From: Owenia fusiformis
Lineage: Eukaryota
Direction of reading: 5' to 3'
DNA: 64,000 bases
NCBI GenBank assembly: GCA_903813345.2
Contig: CAIIXF020000001.1
Location: 40,052,001-40,116,000 of the forward strand
The position numbers and the translations under genes are program-made. Below, in pieces: positions 50,024 through 63,569 of the stretch. The notes beneath the pieces were generated by a model. The model saw only the letters and a list, made by a program, of their open reading frames with translations. It had not been told where the DNA came from and did no database searches. Numbering within the stretch: position 1 is the stretch's first letter; the number at the start of each line of letters is the position of its first letter.

Positions 50024-53000
50024 TTACTCTTGCGCACCCCACTGGGGTGTCTGAAATTAGAGAATGAATGGACATGAAGTTCATGAAATACATGTATAAA
50101 ACAATAAAGCAGTAAATGGACATGAACTTCATGAAATACATGTATAAAACAATAAAGCAGTAAATGGACATGAACTTCATGAAATACATGTATAAAACAA
50201 TAAAGCAGTAAGTTCACACAATCAACAATGTTGATCTCTAGGATATTGTAGACAAACACTGAATCCTCATACAATCAATAACATTGTTATCTCTAATGCA
50301 GTGATCTCCCCGGCATTAAAGCAAGTGGGCGCAAAACCCACCCGAGATTTTGAAAATAGGCTTGCACCCACCTGAAAATCTATTTGCACCCACTTGAAAA
50401 TGTGAAAAATCAAGAAAAATTGGCATATTTTGACCAATTATGGTCTATATTGTGAAAATGAGAATTTTGCACCCACCTGAGAAAAAATACTGGGGAGATC
50501 ACTGTAATGTATGATAGACATACTAATACAAAATGTATTTTATAATATAGATTAAGAAAATATCATTGCAGATTTCATGGCCAATTATGTGAGTTTGAAT
50601 CTGAAACGAATATCACATACTAAAAGTAGGAAAAGTGTAATAGTTTAGTGATTTCCTGACTAATTTAAAGACTAGACAAAGTTGAGCTCTTGTTAATGTT
50701 ATCCCAGTGAACACTGCACATAAAATGGAAAAGTTTGTAAAATTTATGCCATGTGAAAGTTATATGGCCCTAGACAGCCCCACTGACAGTTTCATGATGA
50801 CTTAATTGCAAGGAATCCTGGGCCTGGTTTAACACATGAGAGAACAAGTGAGGTCAAAACAGGGGAAGCATATCTTTATAGAGTTCATACATTCACTAGG
50901 TCTAGAGATTAGATTTTACAATAACTACAATAATGATTACCTAAGCTACGTTACTTTTATTTGATTGGCCTAACATTATCGTCGCTTTCTATAGATGGAA
51001 CACATTTAATTTCAAATAGGATAAAAGTATTCTTTTTTATTTTTATAAGTGTTCATTAGAGTACTTTCACAGCTCTACCTCTGTATTATTCAGATAAATC
51101 CTGTGTGTTCCCAGAGTTAAGTTAATTGGGACCTGTTTTATTTAGTTGCTAGTTAAATGCTCATGAAACTGTCTTGTTGGTACACAGCATGGACAAACAT
51201 GGATTCAATTACAAATCAACAGAACATTCCTGCTTACAATTCTGTTCATTGTAAATACATGTTTTTGCTGTACTTTTTGAAATTCTGTTAAGAGTAAAAT
51301 TTCTTAAAAAATAATCTGGGGGACTTAAAAATACAAGTAAAGCATAATATGTCTCAAAAGTGAACTTGGGTATTAAAAATTGATTTTAAGGGGTACAGAT
51401 ATTAAAATCTTATTTTAATATTATATAAGGAGTTAAGCATAATTTGTTTGAGTTAATGCCATTTGTTTGTTGAACAACTGTTAACAATTAACAATTTACT
51501 GTAGACTGAGTAGACATACAGCCAAAAATAACAATACAAAATTCAAAGTATATTGTAGAAAATGAAAACATAAATCATTTTAGTTAAACTGTGCTATTAT
51601 AACTTTAAAATGAGCATGTCTATGTTTTATCACCATATAAGGCCCTATAAATACCCACTTGCTGAGCATGTTCATAACCTGACATTCCAAATCATGTGGT
51701 CTAATATGTGGGTAACATGTGTGGCCAAAGAACAGATCTATAAAAATATCTGTGTGTATATTTCCTTAAATTCCAAAGTACAAATACATAGGTAGTGCAT
51801 TTATCAAAAGTACACTGTAGGTAAATAGGCCTATATTAGGACTTTTCAGGAAAGGGGCCCGCTATAATTCCCTGATGTAATGTGATTTGACATATGTTTG
51901 GATATTGGTTTATAATCCTTAATCTTGGGTAGTAATGATAATACATGTACATTTATCTGGCTGAATTTTATCACAAATTCTGTTTTGTTTGGAGCTGATG
52001 CGTAAAATAGAAATAATGATATCTTAGCTCATCCTTAAAATATATACCAATATCCTAATATCCTCGAAATATTTGAAAGTATTGATGGTAACCTGTATGT
52101 TAAATACTTTTCCTTATGTTTTTTAGAACTTTATTAACTTGTGAGATGCAATTGTAAATTCAATGCTATTTATACTTTATGTAACTTGTTCAAGAAAAGG
52201 ACTTTACTGGCTTGTAACACTAATCATAGGTAAAATGGCACACAAAAACAGATTATCCCAGAGGGTTAAAAAGATAACAAAGATGAGAAAAAATAAACAA
52301 CAGTTGATACAAATCTATTAAATCAATGAATAACAATCACTAAACGTATGACAAGATTAAATGAGATAAACAAAGTCAGGAAAGATGAGTTTTGGGTTTA
52401 TCTTACCCTGGACCTGGCCAATATAAATTACAACAATGCTTGAACAGCTCATGTCAAGCAAATAAAAATTAGAGAAATGGACCATACCATATTATGAATG
52501 AAATCCTCTTACACAAACAATACATGTTCCTAAAACTGATCCTAATTCTGAGTGACAGAGTGAAAGAGCCATGAAAGACCCAAGGGCAGTCAAGCAAACC
52601 TACCTCCAATCAACATATATACTAGATATAAAATAAAAGAGATCTCCAAATATTTTCTAAAGCTAACCTGGAAATGCAGGCAGAGAGAACACAATGTGCT
52701 CTCATATGTTAGCCTTTTGGTAAATAGCACTTTACTGTTTGTTTATTATGATATTGATATCAGAAGTGTGGTTAGATTCCTGCATTTTCCCCCATACACT
52801 CTAACATGTATGAACACACAGCCTCCCCTGCCTGGATTTATTTAGAAAATGTCTCATATTTATATTGGCTTGGGGTGATGAGTGGTGTTTATTTTGGCTG
52901 TGCCACTGTATCTGTCTATAATACAATTCACAGCAGCCTGCTCTTAACATTCAGAATGCTTCTAACATCTCCAACAAAAAAAGCAATATTAAATCAATCT

Positions 53001-56000
53001 GGTTTGTTCATTTGAATGTATCATTCTATGTTTAATACTCTCATTTATGCCCCCCACCCCATCTTGCACATAAAACATTGTTTTATTTCATCTAATCTGC
53101 CTATCTATCTTTACACATGGAAATCTGAATGCTTTCCAGCTGGTCCAGTCAGAATCTATGTTTAACACAGAGAGAACATCTTTGTTTTGACATCTAGAAT
53201 CTAAATAGTCATTCTGTCACATGTCAGTAATTTAGGGGTTTGCTAAAAAATTGGGTACCAGTTACTTAATCCTGCTAAATCCTCCATGCAGGGATCTTGA
53301 AAACTGTAGAAAAAACTTAGTACATGAAAAAACATATAAATCAGTTTCAAAGTAATGTTTGATACTCTGTATCTCAGTTGTTAAAAGACTAATTTCATTC
53401 AGGTAAGCGTAACATCAAGGTTAACAATAATAGCTTCCCAACAGTTTTTACTCAAAAGGACAAAATGCCTGGAATGTCATCCTTAAGTAAAATTGCTTTA
53501 AGATTTTTTAAAAGTATAATATGTAATATTTGATTCATCATTTGTTGAAAACCACTTTCATTCTGGTAAAAAAATGACAAAAAATGGCAATAATTATGTG
53601 CCTAAAATGTGGCTAGCTTTTTTAAATCACAATGGCATTAGGAATGACAATTGCAGCTACCTAGTGGTGTGACAGTGTAGTGAAACATCTTGTATCAAGA
53701 TGAAATATCATCGTCATATTTTAAGTTAAGATGTTTTATCTCTCCTTGTTAAAAAGACTCACTTTGTAAAAAACTTCCTACCAGTTTTTTCAGGGGCCCA
53801 ATTTTTTAACACTTTCCAGACTCCTGCATGGAGGATCAAGTACTTGGTCCTCATTTTTTTCAACAAACCCCAAATTACTGATTTATCAGAACAAATACAT
53901 AGTTACAGACTTTTGTTCCCACTGACACAGAGAATATTCTAACAATCTTTTATCAGTCCTTCCCTGCTGCTTAAAGGTGCATTATTTAGTCCTGCACATA
54001 AGCCAAAATAATATCTTTCAAAAAGGCAGTGAGCTTCAGGTTGACTCTGGTTTTCCATTTTATAGACCTTTTTTGATCATACACTAGTAGAGTTCATTTA
54101 GCTCTATTTTATAAATAAGTCTAAAAAGTATAAAACATGTTATTATTACTACTCAGCATGGAATCATATTTAAATCGATAAAGAAGTGAATGTTTCTCAA
54201 TCCAATTCCAGACATTGTTAAATAGTTTAAATGCTATTTTAAGCATGGTGCAACTGTCAATTAGAGATGATATAGAAGAGGGTAGCCAGATGAATGGCTC
54301 TTCACTCTCTGATGTGGTTATGCTCATAATTAAAACCATCTTCAACTATTTTTGTAGAGGGAATGTTATATTTTAGAAGTCTGGTGAAATCTAATCAGAG
54401 CTGGAGGTATCATACAAAGCTTTGACAATCATGAAATCAAGGAATATAGAAACTGTCATATCAGTTATGTATCAAGGATTAAAACTGCCAATTAAGTAAA
54501 GGAATAAGGATCTTTCTTTTTGTGATTTTAAAAATATCAAAACAATCCTAATTTTTTTATTGTATTTGTTCATCAATGTTTTAAACCTTTTTAGCTTTTT
54601 AGCAATCACTTCCAGTTTTGCTTCTTTGTAAATCAGTTCCCAGTCATTCAGTCATATTCATTTTCATAAAAAAGGGTTATCAATTATTAAAAAATATGCT
54701 GCATCAATCAAAGTCGAACAATCAACTAAACAACCAATTACTCCATCCTCAATCAACAAATCAACCAATCCATCATTAAGCATATATTCTATCTATAACA
54801 TTTTGTCTCAATTTACCTAGAATTCAAAAGACTGCTGAGATAAAAACTGCGAAGATCAAGGTAATCTTTCAACTTGCTAGATGTGTCTTTTCATGACTTC
54901 AACCTCCCAAGTTTTGAGATTTTAGGGTGAATAATAGAGATAGACACATATCATTCACTTCTGGCTGATGAGATTAACAGTGGCCAGTGATCAAGGTAAT
55001 CTATCAACCTGCTATATTTCCAAACATATCACCACCACCTATGATTGAAACTGGTAAGTCTTGCAGCATGTCTCTAGACCCCCCACCCCCTGCATTACTT
55101 ACTCCTCAGGTGGGTGTTTGGGGCGTTCACAAGAGCTTGAAATACTATTTTCCAATACATTTATCCAAATCTTGAAAGATACTAGGTCATTATGTATCCT
55201 GTGAGATATTGTAGATTTTTTGGCAAAATGGGCCTGAAGCCTCTGACTGGAAGCAAGATCATATAAGTCAATTTGTATTAGCCTGGGACTCACTTTTTCT
55301 ATGGGCCTACCACAGGGCAATGGGGACTGAAACCGATAGTCAATATAGTCAATTATTATTAAGTTAATTAGCAAACCTTTTAAAGTGCAAAAAGGAACTG
55401 TTTCTTCTTTTACATTTGCCACATTTACTTAGAGTTATATATTAAACTGATGCAATGAAGCAAGATGTGATATCTACTATCTAGTAGAGGAGCAATTCTG
55501 TACAATGTGCTGTAACATGAGAGAACAGTGCACTGGTTCACAGATGTTTTCATATTCTGTATCAATCTGGTAAGAAGCTATTAGACAAGATAAAGCATTG
55601 TAATATAAGCCTCGCAATCTGGCTAGACCACTGGCTCCTACAGATACTCTCAACACCTAGCTAAAACACAACCCCCTCCCTGTAACTGGTAAAACATGGA
55701 GGTATGGAACTCTTTACAACTTAATTCTATCCCCACACACCACAGTATACCACCCACTCAGAGAGACTAAACCGAAACATAAAAAGTTTTATGAAACATG
55801 GAACCCCGAGTTATCTTATCAAACTTCCTGTCTACTTGGCAATAATAATTAAATTACAAAGGCTCTGATCTTAGTACACTCATAGAGTGTTTTTTAAAAT
55901 GACATGTATCACCACAATCCTGACATACAGGCCTCATCATAAGGCAGATTATCAGCTCTGGGAGAGAACCACTACAAAATATAACAAATAACATCAAACT

Positions 56001-59000
56001 TTTTACAACTATACCAAAATACTGTTCATTTCCATACATTTCTGTACTGTTATTGACATATTTGCACTTGCTGTTTACTGTTGTGATATGAAATTGTGTG
56101 ATATAAATGTGAGAAGATACATGGAATAGTGTGTAATGTATGGATGGGATGAAAGGCTTGGGTACCTGATAGAGGTAAAGTGAAAACTAATGTATCTTTA
56201 GAGAGTCTAAAAGACAGACAAGATAGACAAGATAGAAATATGAAGACCAACACTAAATGCTTTCCATCATACATGCTCAATCTATCATTTCTCTGTTTTA
56301 AGAAAAAAACATTAAATCATAGGTTTTTGTTTTTCCATTAATTCTTTGTACTTTTTTGTCTTGATTATACTATATATATTCCACTGATTTTGGAGCAGCT
56401 CTCAATTATGGTGGAATCATCTTTAATTTTTTGTAGGTAAAGTGTTCCCTATGTAAAGCACTGAGATACATACAGTAGTTACGTATATATGCAGATAGCA
56501 TTAATGATGACCATGCATAATTTAGAGAAATAAGATTTTCTGTATAAGGCAATTAAGGCATGTTCATATAAAACCTCACGGTAATATTCAAACATGCTTT
56601 TTTTATTTGTCTTTCACCATTATTTACACATGTTTTCAATAATACTGTATATCATATCTACATTTTTATGAGTCAATAAATGAATTATTATACACAAGAC
56701 CGTGATCTCCTTAGAAAGTTATTCAAAAAACAGAAATTCAAACCTCAAATTCATATTCAAGCTTGTACTCTATATCTTTAAAATATGACAAGAAGTATAT
56801 GAACAATTAACTCTAAGAATTGGAAGATCTCTTCTTGGTTTGCTCCAACCTTTATAACTGACACAACAAAGAAAAGATGGCAGTCATTCTACAAACGTTT
56901 ACTTTCAAATGGCTCCAAGCACTGACATCTATAATTCCTCTTATAACAACTTATTTAAACAACATCTACCATGTCTATGCTTTAACAATACTGGTTCCAA
57001 CAATCTTTCTTGTATTGAGCTATGGCAGCTAGTCCTAGGGTAACCCTTTTTTATAATAATACTTTGATTTTATTTCATTGAAATGGTACTCCAGCAACAT
57101 ACTTTGAATAATTAAGATATAATTCTTTCATCTATCTTTCTTAATCAGTAAACTTCCATCGAAACCAAGCTACCCGATTAGAATTGCAATCACATTTTGT
57201 ACCAATACATTTTATAAATACCAAGCATTTTTTCAAATTCAAACTCATGTGAAAGGCCATCATATCGACAGGTTCTATAGTTCTTATATGAGAAATAAAC
57301 AATACAATGACAGAGCCTAAGGAAATGCATTATTGGCCCTGTAAATCATGATTAGGGGAGTTCATTTTTAGCAGGTAGTTGTTGCTTAGCAGACGGTGAG
57401 CATTTGGCAGTTAATCTTCACACTCAATTGCTTTATTTTTGTGGATCTGTGGTAATAATTTCTGTTTTTCAACAAAGAATTCACACTTTCATAATGTCTG
57501 TCTTGTTAGCTTCAAGGGTTTACCGGATGGACAAATGGTCGCTAATGAAACGCTCAAGGCTATAGACCATAATTTGAAACTTTGGGCCAACTCTTAAACT
57601 TATAATATTCAGGCATATACTCACAGCTTCTTGTTGTTTTGCACCTAGTTTCTTATCAATGTTCATTGAGAGCATCTGTGACCTGAATGCTAGTCCCTTG
57701 GTCTTCTCTATCACCTGCTGGTACGGAGACACACTCTGGGTGCCCATCACAACATGGCCCTGAAGAAACACAAGCAAATGTTTTGATTAAATACATGTGA
57801 TATGAGATACATGTGATATGAAATACATTGAAGAAAATGATTCTTCTCTTTCACCTGCTGGTACGGAGACACACTCTGGGTCCCCATCACAACATGGCCC
57901 TGAAGAAACACAAGCAAATGTTTTGATTAAATACATGTGATATGAGATACATGTGATATGAAATACATTGAAGAAAATGATTCTTCTCTTTCACCTGCTG
58001 GTACGGAGACACACTCTGGGTCCCCATCACAACATGGCCCTGAAGACACACAAGCAAATGTTTTGATTAAATACATGTGATGTGACATTGAAGATATGAC
58101 AAGAGGAAATGATTCTATTGAAACAGGATATGACTGATGTTTAAACAGATTTTGGTTGAATAAACACAACAATATTCTAAACACAAAGAAATGTGTTCCT
58201 TAAAATGAATCACATAGTTGATACAAACAGAAACTGAACAAAATCTCGGGTATGGCCAAATATGACATCACAAAATAAAATCCCATTCCCTTCAATTAAG
58301 TATCATGCCATATTATGTCATACAGTTCTTTGTCGCCTGCCATTACAAACTTCTGTAACATGTACATATTTACTTACCAGTTTTGAGTCAATCTTTGCAT
58401 CAAGTCTGGCATTCCTGATGAGGTTAACAATCCACCTCTCTGCCTCCTCTGATGGCATATTCAACTTTTCAGCCAACATGCTGCAACAAAAAAAAATTCA
58501 TCTTTCTTTAAGAATTTATCTTTCAGAATTCATCAAGCAACTCTCCAGGGGCCCATTAACAGAACCTTCTTAAAGTTAAGATTTCGTTAAGTTCATTGTT
58601 CTCTAACTGTGACGTCATTATATCCATGGTTACAACAATTGATTTACGATCTCGTAACTTCACGAAGTTTCTGTTAATGACCCCCAGAGTAGCAAATCAC
58701 ACAAAATAAAACATATTCTATCAGATCACTTGTCATTTTGAATTACTTAATGAGACAAATAACCAGGCAGTAATAATTTGTTATTTTAGAGATTTTTACA
58801 AGGATATGAAATCAACAATAAAAGGCAAACAAGGGCCTTTTATTCAAAATATTTATATCGTGTCACACAAGTATACTATTTAGGGACCAAAAATTAATAT
58901 TATCAACCATGAAGAAGTTTTGTATGAAATGCTACTTACTTAATGCTAATACACTGATGTATCCTACAGAAAGTCTCGAAGATAAAAAGTCTGGCATTCT

Positions 59001-62000
59001 CAATGAAATCATCCAAACAGGCGACCAAGAAGAAATCATTCACTAACACCTGAAATATAAATACAAAAAATATCAATCAACTCATTTCAAAGGTTGCTTT
59101 GACATTGCTTAATGTATAATTTTGTAACTATAGATTTTCAAATCAGACTTAGGAGGTTCGTTTTCTTAATTTATAATAGGATAAATGTATGATGTAAATA
59201 CATATGTAAGAATGTAAAATAAGGAAAAAACTGATGTTGTTCAATTCTTTTAACATGCAAAACAGTAAGAAATTTTTATAGCTACGGTTAAGAGTTTCTG
59301 ACACATTGATTCAGAATTTATATCTCTTCTTGATCTGTATCCTTTCATGTTCGCCAAAATCCCTTAGTTAAAATTTGAATTAAAACAGGCTTAATTTTTC
59401 TCATTAACTAAGCACCCACCTTTTCACACTCCCTCAGTTTCTGCTGGGCACCATCAAAGTCAAAGTTCACATAAAGACACTCCAAGAACTCTGTGATCGG
59501 GTCTCTATATTTGTAAGATTCCTAAAACAAAACAAACATCAAATTATTTTTTATTCTCAGGGGACAACAAGGAATCCAAAACATCAGATTTCATCAAGAT
59601 TTTTTTGAAAATTCAAAGAGAGAAAACTGAGCAATCAAACAATAATTCATTACAACAAAACATAAATAACATGAATAATTCTGAGATAATTTAACTCTGG
59701 GCAGCCTGGCCAATATTTCTTTGGCATTTCTCAATAACCTACACGTTTTGACAAGTACATTCAGACTCAGAGCGTCAAAAGTTGTGCTGTTTTGGCGATA
59801 CTTTCATCTTTCTCCTCCCTGAGAGTTAATAAAACCTCTGGATAATATCCAAGAACAAGCAAAAAGGTTACCTGCTGGATAACTTTGACTAAGTCTTTGA
59901 GAACAGTCCTTCTTCGTTTGTTGGTGATAACTGCAGTGGTAAGGTAGCGAAGTATATGGGGACACATAGTCTGGATTGCATTCAGGTACCTGTCAAATAG
60001 AAGAGAAATATGATATCCAGAGGTATGGACAAATAAAACATCAATGTTTGTTTAAATAAAGCTGACCCATCAATGAAGAATACTGACTAGATATTGCTCA
60101 CTGCTATCCCCAATAAAAAGCTCCAGGGTTCTTATTTGCCACACTAAATTCCTAGAAATGATCTATGTTTAATATTCAAGGAGAATCCACATAAGAATGA
60201 CATGAAAACATGGAGTTGAGCTTTAACAAATTTACTCCAAATCCACATAAGAATGGCATGAAAACTTGGAATTGAACTTTACATATTTATGCCAAATCCA
60301 CATAAGACAGGCATGAAAACTTGGAATTGAATATGTATTTACGCCAAATCCACATAAGAATGGCATGAAAACATGGAATTGAACTTTTACGTATTTACAC
60401 CAAGGTTACTTACTGAGGTTCATAAAGGAACATATCAATGATGCTATCTCTGCCTTTGGGATGATTGAAATAAACGAACAGACTCCAATGGATGAGCCAG
60501 GTCCTTTGCTGTAAGGATGTCAGAGCAGATCCAAAAGTCTGAAACAAAAATGTATAAATATTAAACCTTAACAATGTAGGGAGAATCAGAAATCAAGAGT
60601 GTATTAACCTACTCCGTGCAATGGATATATCATTTGAAGAGAACCTACACTTTTATTTGAAGTCCAATTAATCTATGAGCTTAATGTATTGATCTTAATC
60701 CTAAAAAAGGAAACACATCTTCCAATTCCACACATGATTATTTACTTTTATGCATTTCTAAAAACAAGTGAGTTTCTTTTAAACTATAGTTGATCTTGTA
60801 TTGAAAGTGTTACATTCTTACATTTTCTCACATAAAATAAGGCATGAATATACATGATATATAAGTCCAAGTTCTACATGAGCTTACATTTGAGTCTATG
60901 ACCTCCTTGAGTCTGTTCAGATCCTCCATTGCTGTGTCCCAATCCTGCATGAGGATTTCTGAGGCCAGCTTACCCCATAGGGCATCTAAAGCATTCTTGT
61001 CGTGTGGGGGCACCTAAATACACAATAAATACATAAAACAAGCGCCTGTCCATCAGCAAAAGATGGCGATAATATAATACATGCAAAAATAATACATATT
61101 TACAATAAATGCACAGGGCAAATATTATAAATACACAATGTGTCTACTAAGGCACTTTTTTCATTTGAGAGCACTTCAACATTTACAAACTTGTATTCAG
61201 GGTGTGTCATAAGAACTTCAACCATTCTGGTTTTAATGGAGTCATTGATATTAGTTAGTTGTGTTATTTTATTACACATCAAGAAAATTGAAAATCTGCT
61301 GGCCCAGATCGAGACAAACTATTTCAAGGCCTCTTGGCCAATGTTAATATCACACCTGATTACAAGTACAAAAATATCATTCTTGGGTGACTTCATGGAA
61401 TTAATCTGTTTACTGCCCTTCATTTAAATTAAAATTATGAATCTACATACAGGGAAAAAAGCTATGTTAATTACTTACAGCTAGTACTCTGACAAAGTAA
61501 AGGTATTCTGCTGCACCTGAATAGTTGCCACACTCAAACTGGAACTTGGCAAATTTGTACAGGGTCTCCAACATGTGTGGTTGAAACTAAAACACAAACA
61601 TCATTTATTGTTACATTTACTACATTAACAACACAAGGCATTAACATGACAAAGTGTGACCACCTGGTACATTTTGCAAATATATGTAGTAGAGGTGTCA
61701 AGTATTAACCGGTTAACCGGTTAACCGCCGATAATGCCTTGACCGGTCTGTGTTTTTATGGGCGGTTAGTTGACCGTGTATAATTCTGTTATTTCCCGCG
61801 CTTATTTTGCATGCTAATCCGTTTGGTTTTATGGTGTCAGTTTCACGTAAGCTACTCATACATGTCATAAGTCCTATAACTCCTTACAAACATCCAATCA
61901 GCAACTTTAATCCCTGCCACATTGCTTTCCCGCGCTTACTTTGCATTTTAATCTGTTTGTTTTTCAAGCGTCAGTTTCATGTGAGCTACTCATACATGTG

Positions 62001-63569
62001 ATAGGTCCGATAATTCCTTACAAACATCCAATCAGCAACTTTAATTCCTACCACATTGCTTTCCCGCGCTTACTCACATAGAATAGAGTAAAGCTTGACG
62101 AACGTAAAAATAAACGCCGATATATCATTTTTCCAATTTTTTCAACTTTCAAGATCGAAGATGAAGATTTCATTTGAAATTATCAGTTCAAATTTCCCGC
62201 CGGTTAACCGACTTTAACCGGTAAAAACCCCCGGTTAACCGGTTAATGCTCAAGCGGTTAATTGACACCACTAATATGTAGTAACAAAAGTATTACTCCT
62301 CCCGGCCCAGTTTTCTGCAAGTTGAAATGATAAAATCTGCAAGTGAAAATAGTGAATTCTGAGAGCGAAGGTGGTTAATTTCAAGTGAATTTTGAAATCT
62401 TATTCTGCAGTTTTAGATGAAAAATGAGATATGACAAAAATATTGTGAAAGCTATCTATACAGTCATTATACCTAATAAATAAAGCAACAGAAAGTAAAT
62501 GAAATATATTTGGGACTTTTGGGGTAAGCCCTTACCTGAAACAGAGCTACTAAAATCATTAAATCTAAGGCAAAAGAAAATTTGAGCAAAATTTGTCAAT
62601 ACTACAGGAAATTGATCAAATTCAAGATTCTGCAAAATCCTGGACTAAGACAAATTCTGTCTGCACTCTGCCAAAATTGAAACAGGGGGAAGTGAAATGA
62701 CTTCAAATCAATGATTTTTGACATGTTTCCTAAACCCTGTGAGAAATGACCGAACTAGTTGCTCATTAACACTTTTATCAATTCTAATATTGTAAAATGT
62801 TACAATAATGCAAATGGTATTAAATATCCGATATGTATGATCTCCTAAGTGAACTTACATCATAACTTTTCACCATGGATTCATACAGCTGTCTACCATC
62901 TCTTGAGGACTGGATCATTCTGGCCACTTCTGGGTCTTCAAATATTGTGTGAATTGGCTCAACATCTGTCTGCAGCTGTTTTAATTGGGCAACTACAGAT
63001 GTACGCTTATCTTTTAAACCTACAGAAATACAAAGAGATGGCTATATTCAGTCAGTTCAACAAAATTGAATTCTACAATTTGGCCTAACCCAGCAGATAA
63101 ATGATTGATCTGAAAAAATGCCCAGAGTACTGAAGAAGTGATCTAATATACTACTGAAGAGGTCATAATTTCTCTACAACATGAATGTCTGTTTTTGCAC
63201 GCCCAACAGGGTCTTGATCAAATTTGGCACAAAATGTTGATGATGAACAATGATGTACATTGTACATCCCAATGAAAGCCATGTACACATAAAGTATCAT
63301 AATAAAAACATGAGCTTTGGGAAGTTAAAATCATAATTACCAATAATTTTGCCTCATGTTTTCATTCATTTATCCCGTTATACATCATTCTGATGAAACC
63401 ACCTGACGTGTATCTAAATAGTATACACATGATAACAAACAGATATCTTACTTTGAGGTACATCCTTATCTGGGTAAAGAGTTCTGTGGACATCCATGGC
63501 AAAATCTACCATGTTTGTGTGCTTCAGTAGCTCCAGTTTACCCTTCAGCATCTCATGATCATCGTACAA
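50024..63569 (-). CDS. EIF3E: Eukaryotic translation initiation factor 3 subunit E (INT6), 5'-partial
   Basis: Exons 63569-63452, 63019-62859, 61586-61479, 61013-60888, 60538-60414, 59989-59872, 59521-59420, 59049-58940, 58480-58378, 57759-57625, 50050-50024 (TPQWGAQE*). Phase-consistent GT-AG introns. Motifs [88 protein letters not shown]. Exon 1 lies beyond 64000. Confidence 0.96.
50067..50210. repeat. 48-bp tandem repeat x3 next to the last eIF3e acceptor
   Basis: AATGGACATGAAGTTCATGAAATACATGTATAAAACAATAAAGCAGTA-type units at 50067, 50115, 50163. Confidence 0.9.
50299..50504. mobile_element. MITE, CAGTGATCTCCCC TIRs, 5-bp TSD (hAT5-like)
   Basis: TAATG|CAGTGATCTCCCC ... GGGGAGATCACTG|TAATG; internal GCACCCACCTGA subrepeats. 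Confidence 0.8.
53225..53880. mobile_element. Older MITE with imperfect TIRs
   Basis: CAGTAATTTAGGGGTTTG...ATCCTCCATGCAGG mirrored by CCTGCATGGAGGAT...CAAACCCCAAATTACTG. Confidence 0.65.
57711..58082 (-). repeat. 140-bp tandem triplication of an eIF3e 3' splice site plus exon start
   Basis: Acceptors at 57760/61, 57900/01, 58040/41, each followed by sequence encoding [16 protein letters not shown]. Confidence 0.92.
58549..58684. mobile_element. PIF/Harbinger-type MITE
   Basis: CAG|GGGCCCATTAACAGAA ... TTCTGTTAATGACCCC|CAG; 3-bp CWG TSD. Confidence 0.7.
60184..60403. repeat. ~55-bp tandem repeat x4 in an eIF3e intron
   Basis: AATCCACATAAGAATGGCATGAAAAC... recurs four times. Confidence 0.85.
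61690..62273. mobile_element. hAT MITE
   Basis: TAGAGGTGTCAA ... TTGACACCACTA; perfect 8-bp TSD ATATGTAG; subterminal TTAACCGGTTAA motifs; internal tandem duplication. Confidence 0.9.

Noticed and set aside
49825..50274. 149-aa and 118-aa minus-strand ORFs
   Set aside because: Produced by the 48-bp repeat and overlap with the eIF3e last exon/3' UTR in other frames.
55103..55135. Possible 33-nt poison micro-exon in the last eIF3e intron (minus strand, GTAAGT donor, in-frame TGA)
   Set aside because: Acceptor has a poor pyrimidine tract; such matches arise by chance in 7.6 kb; no support without RNA-seq.
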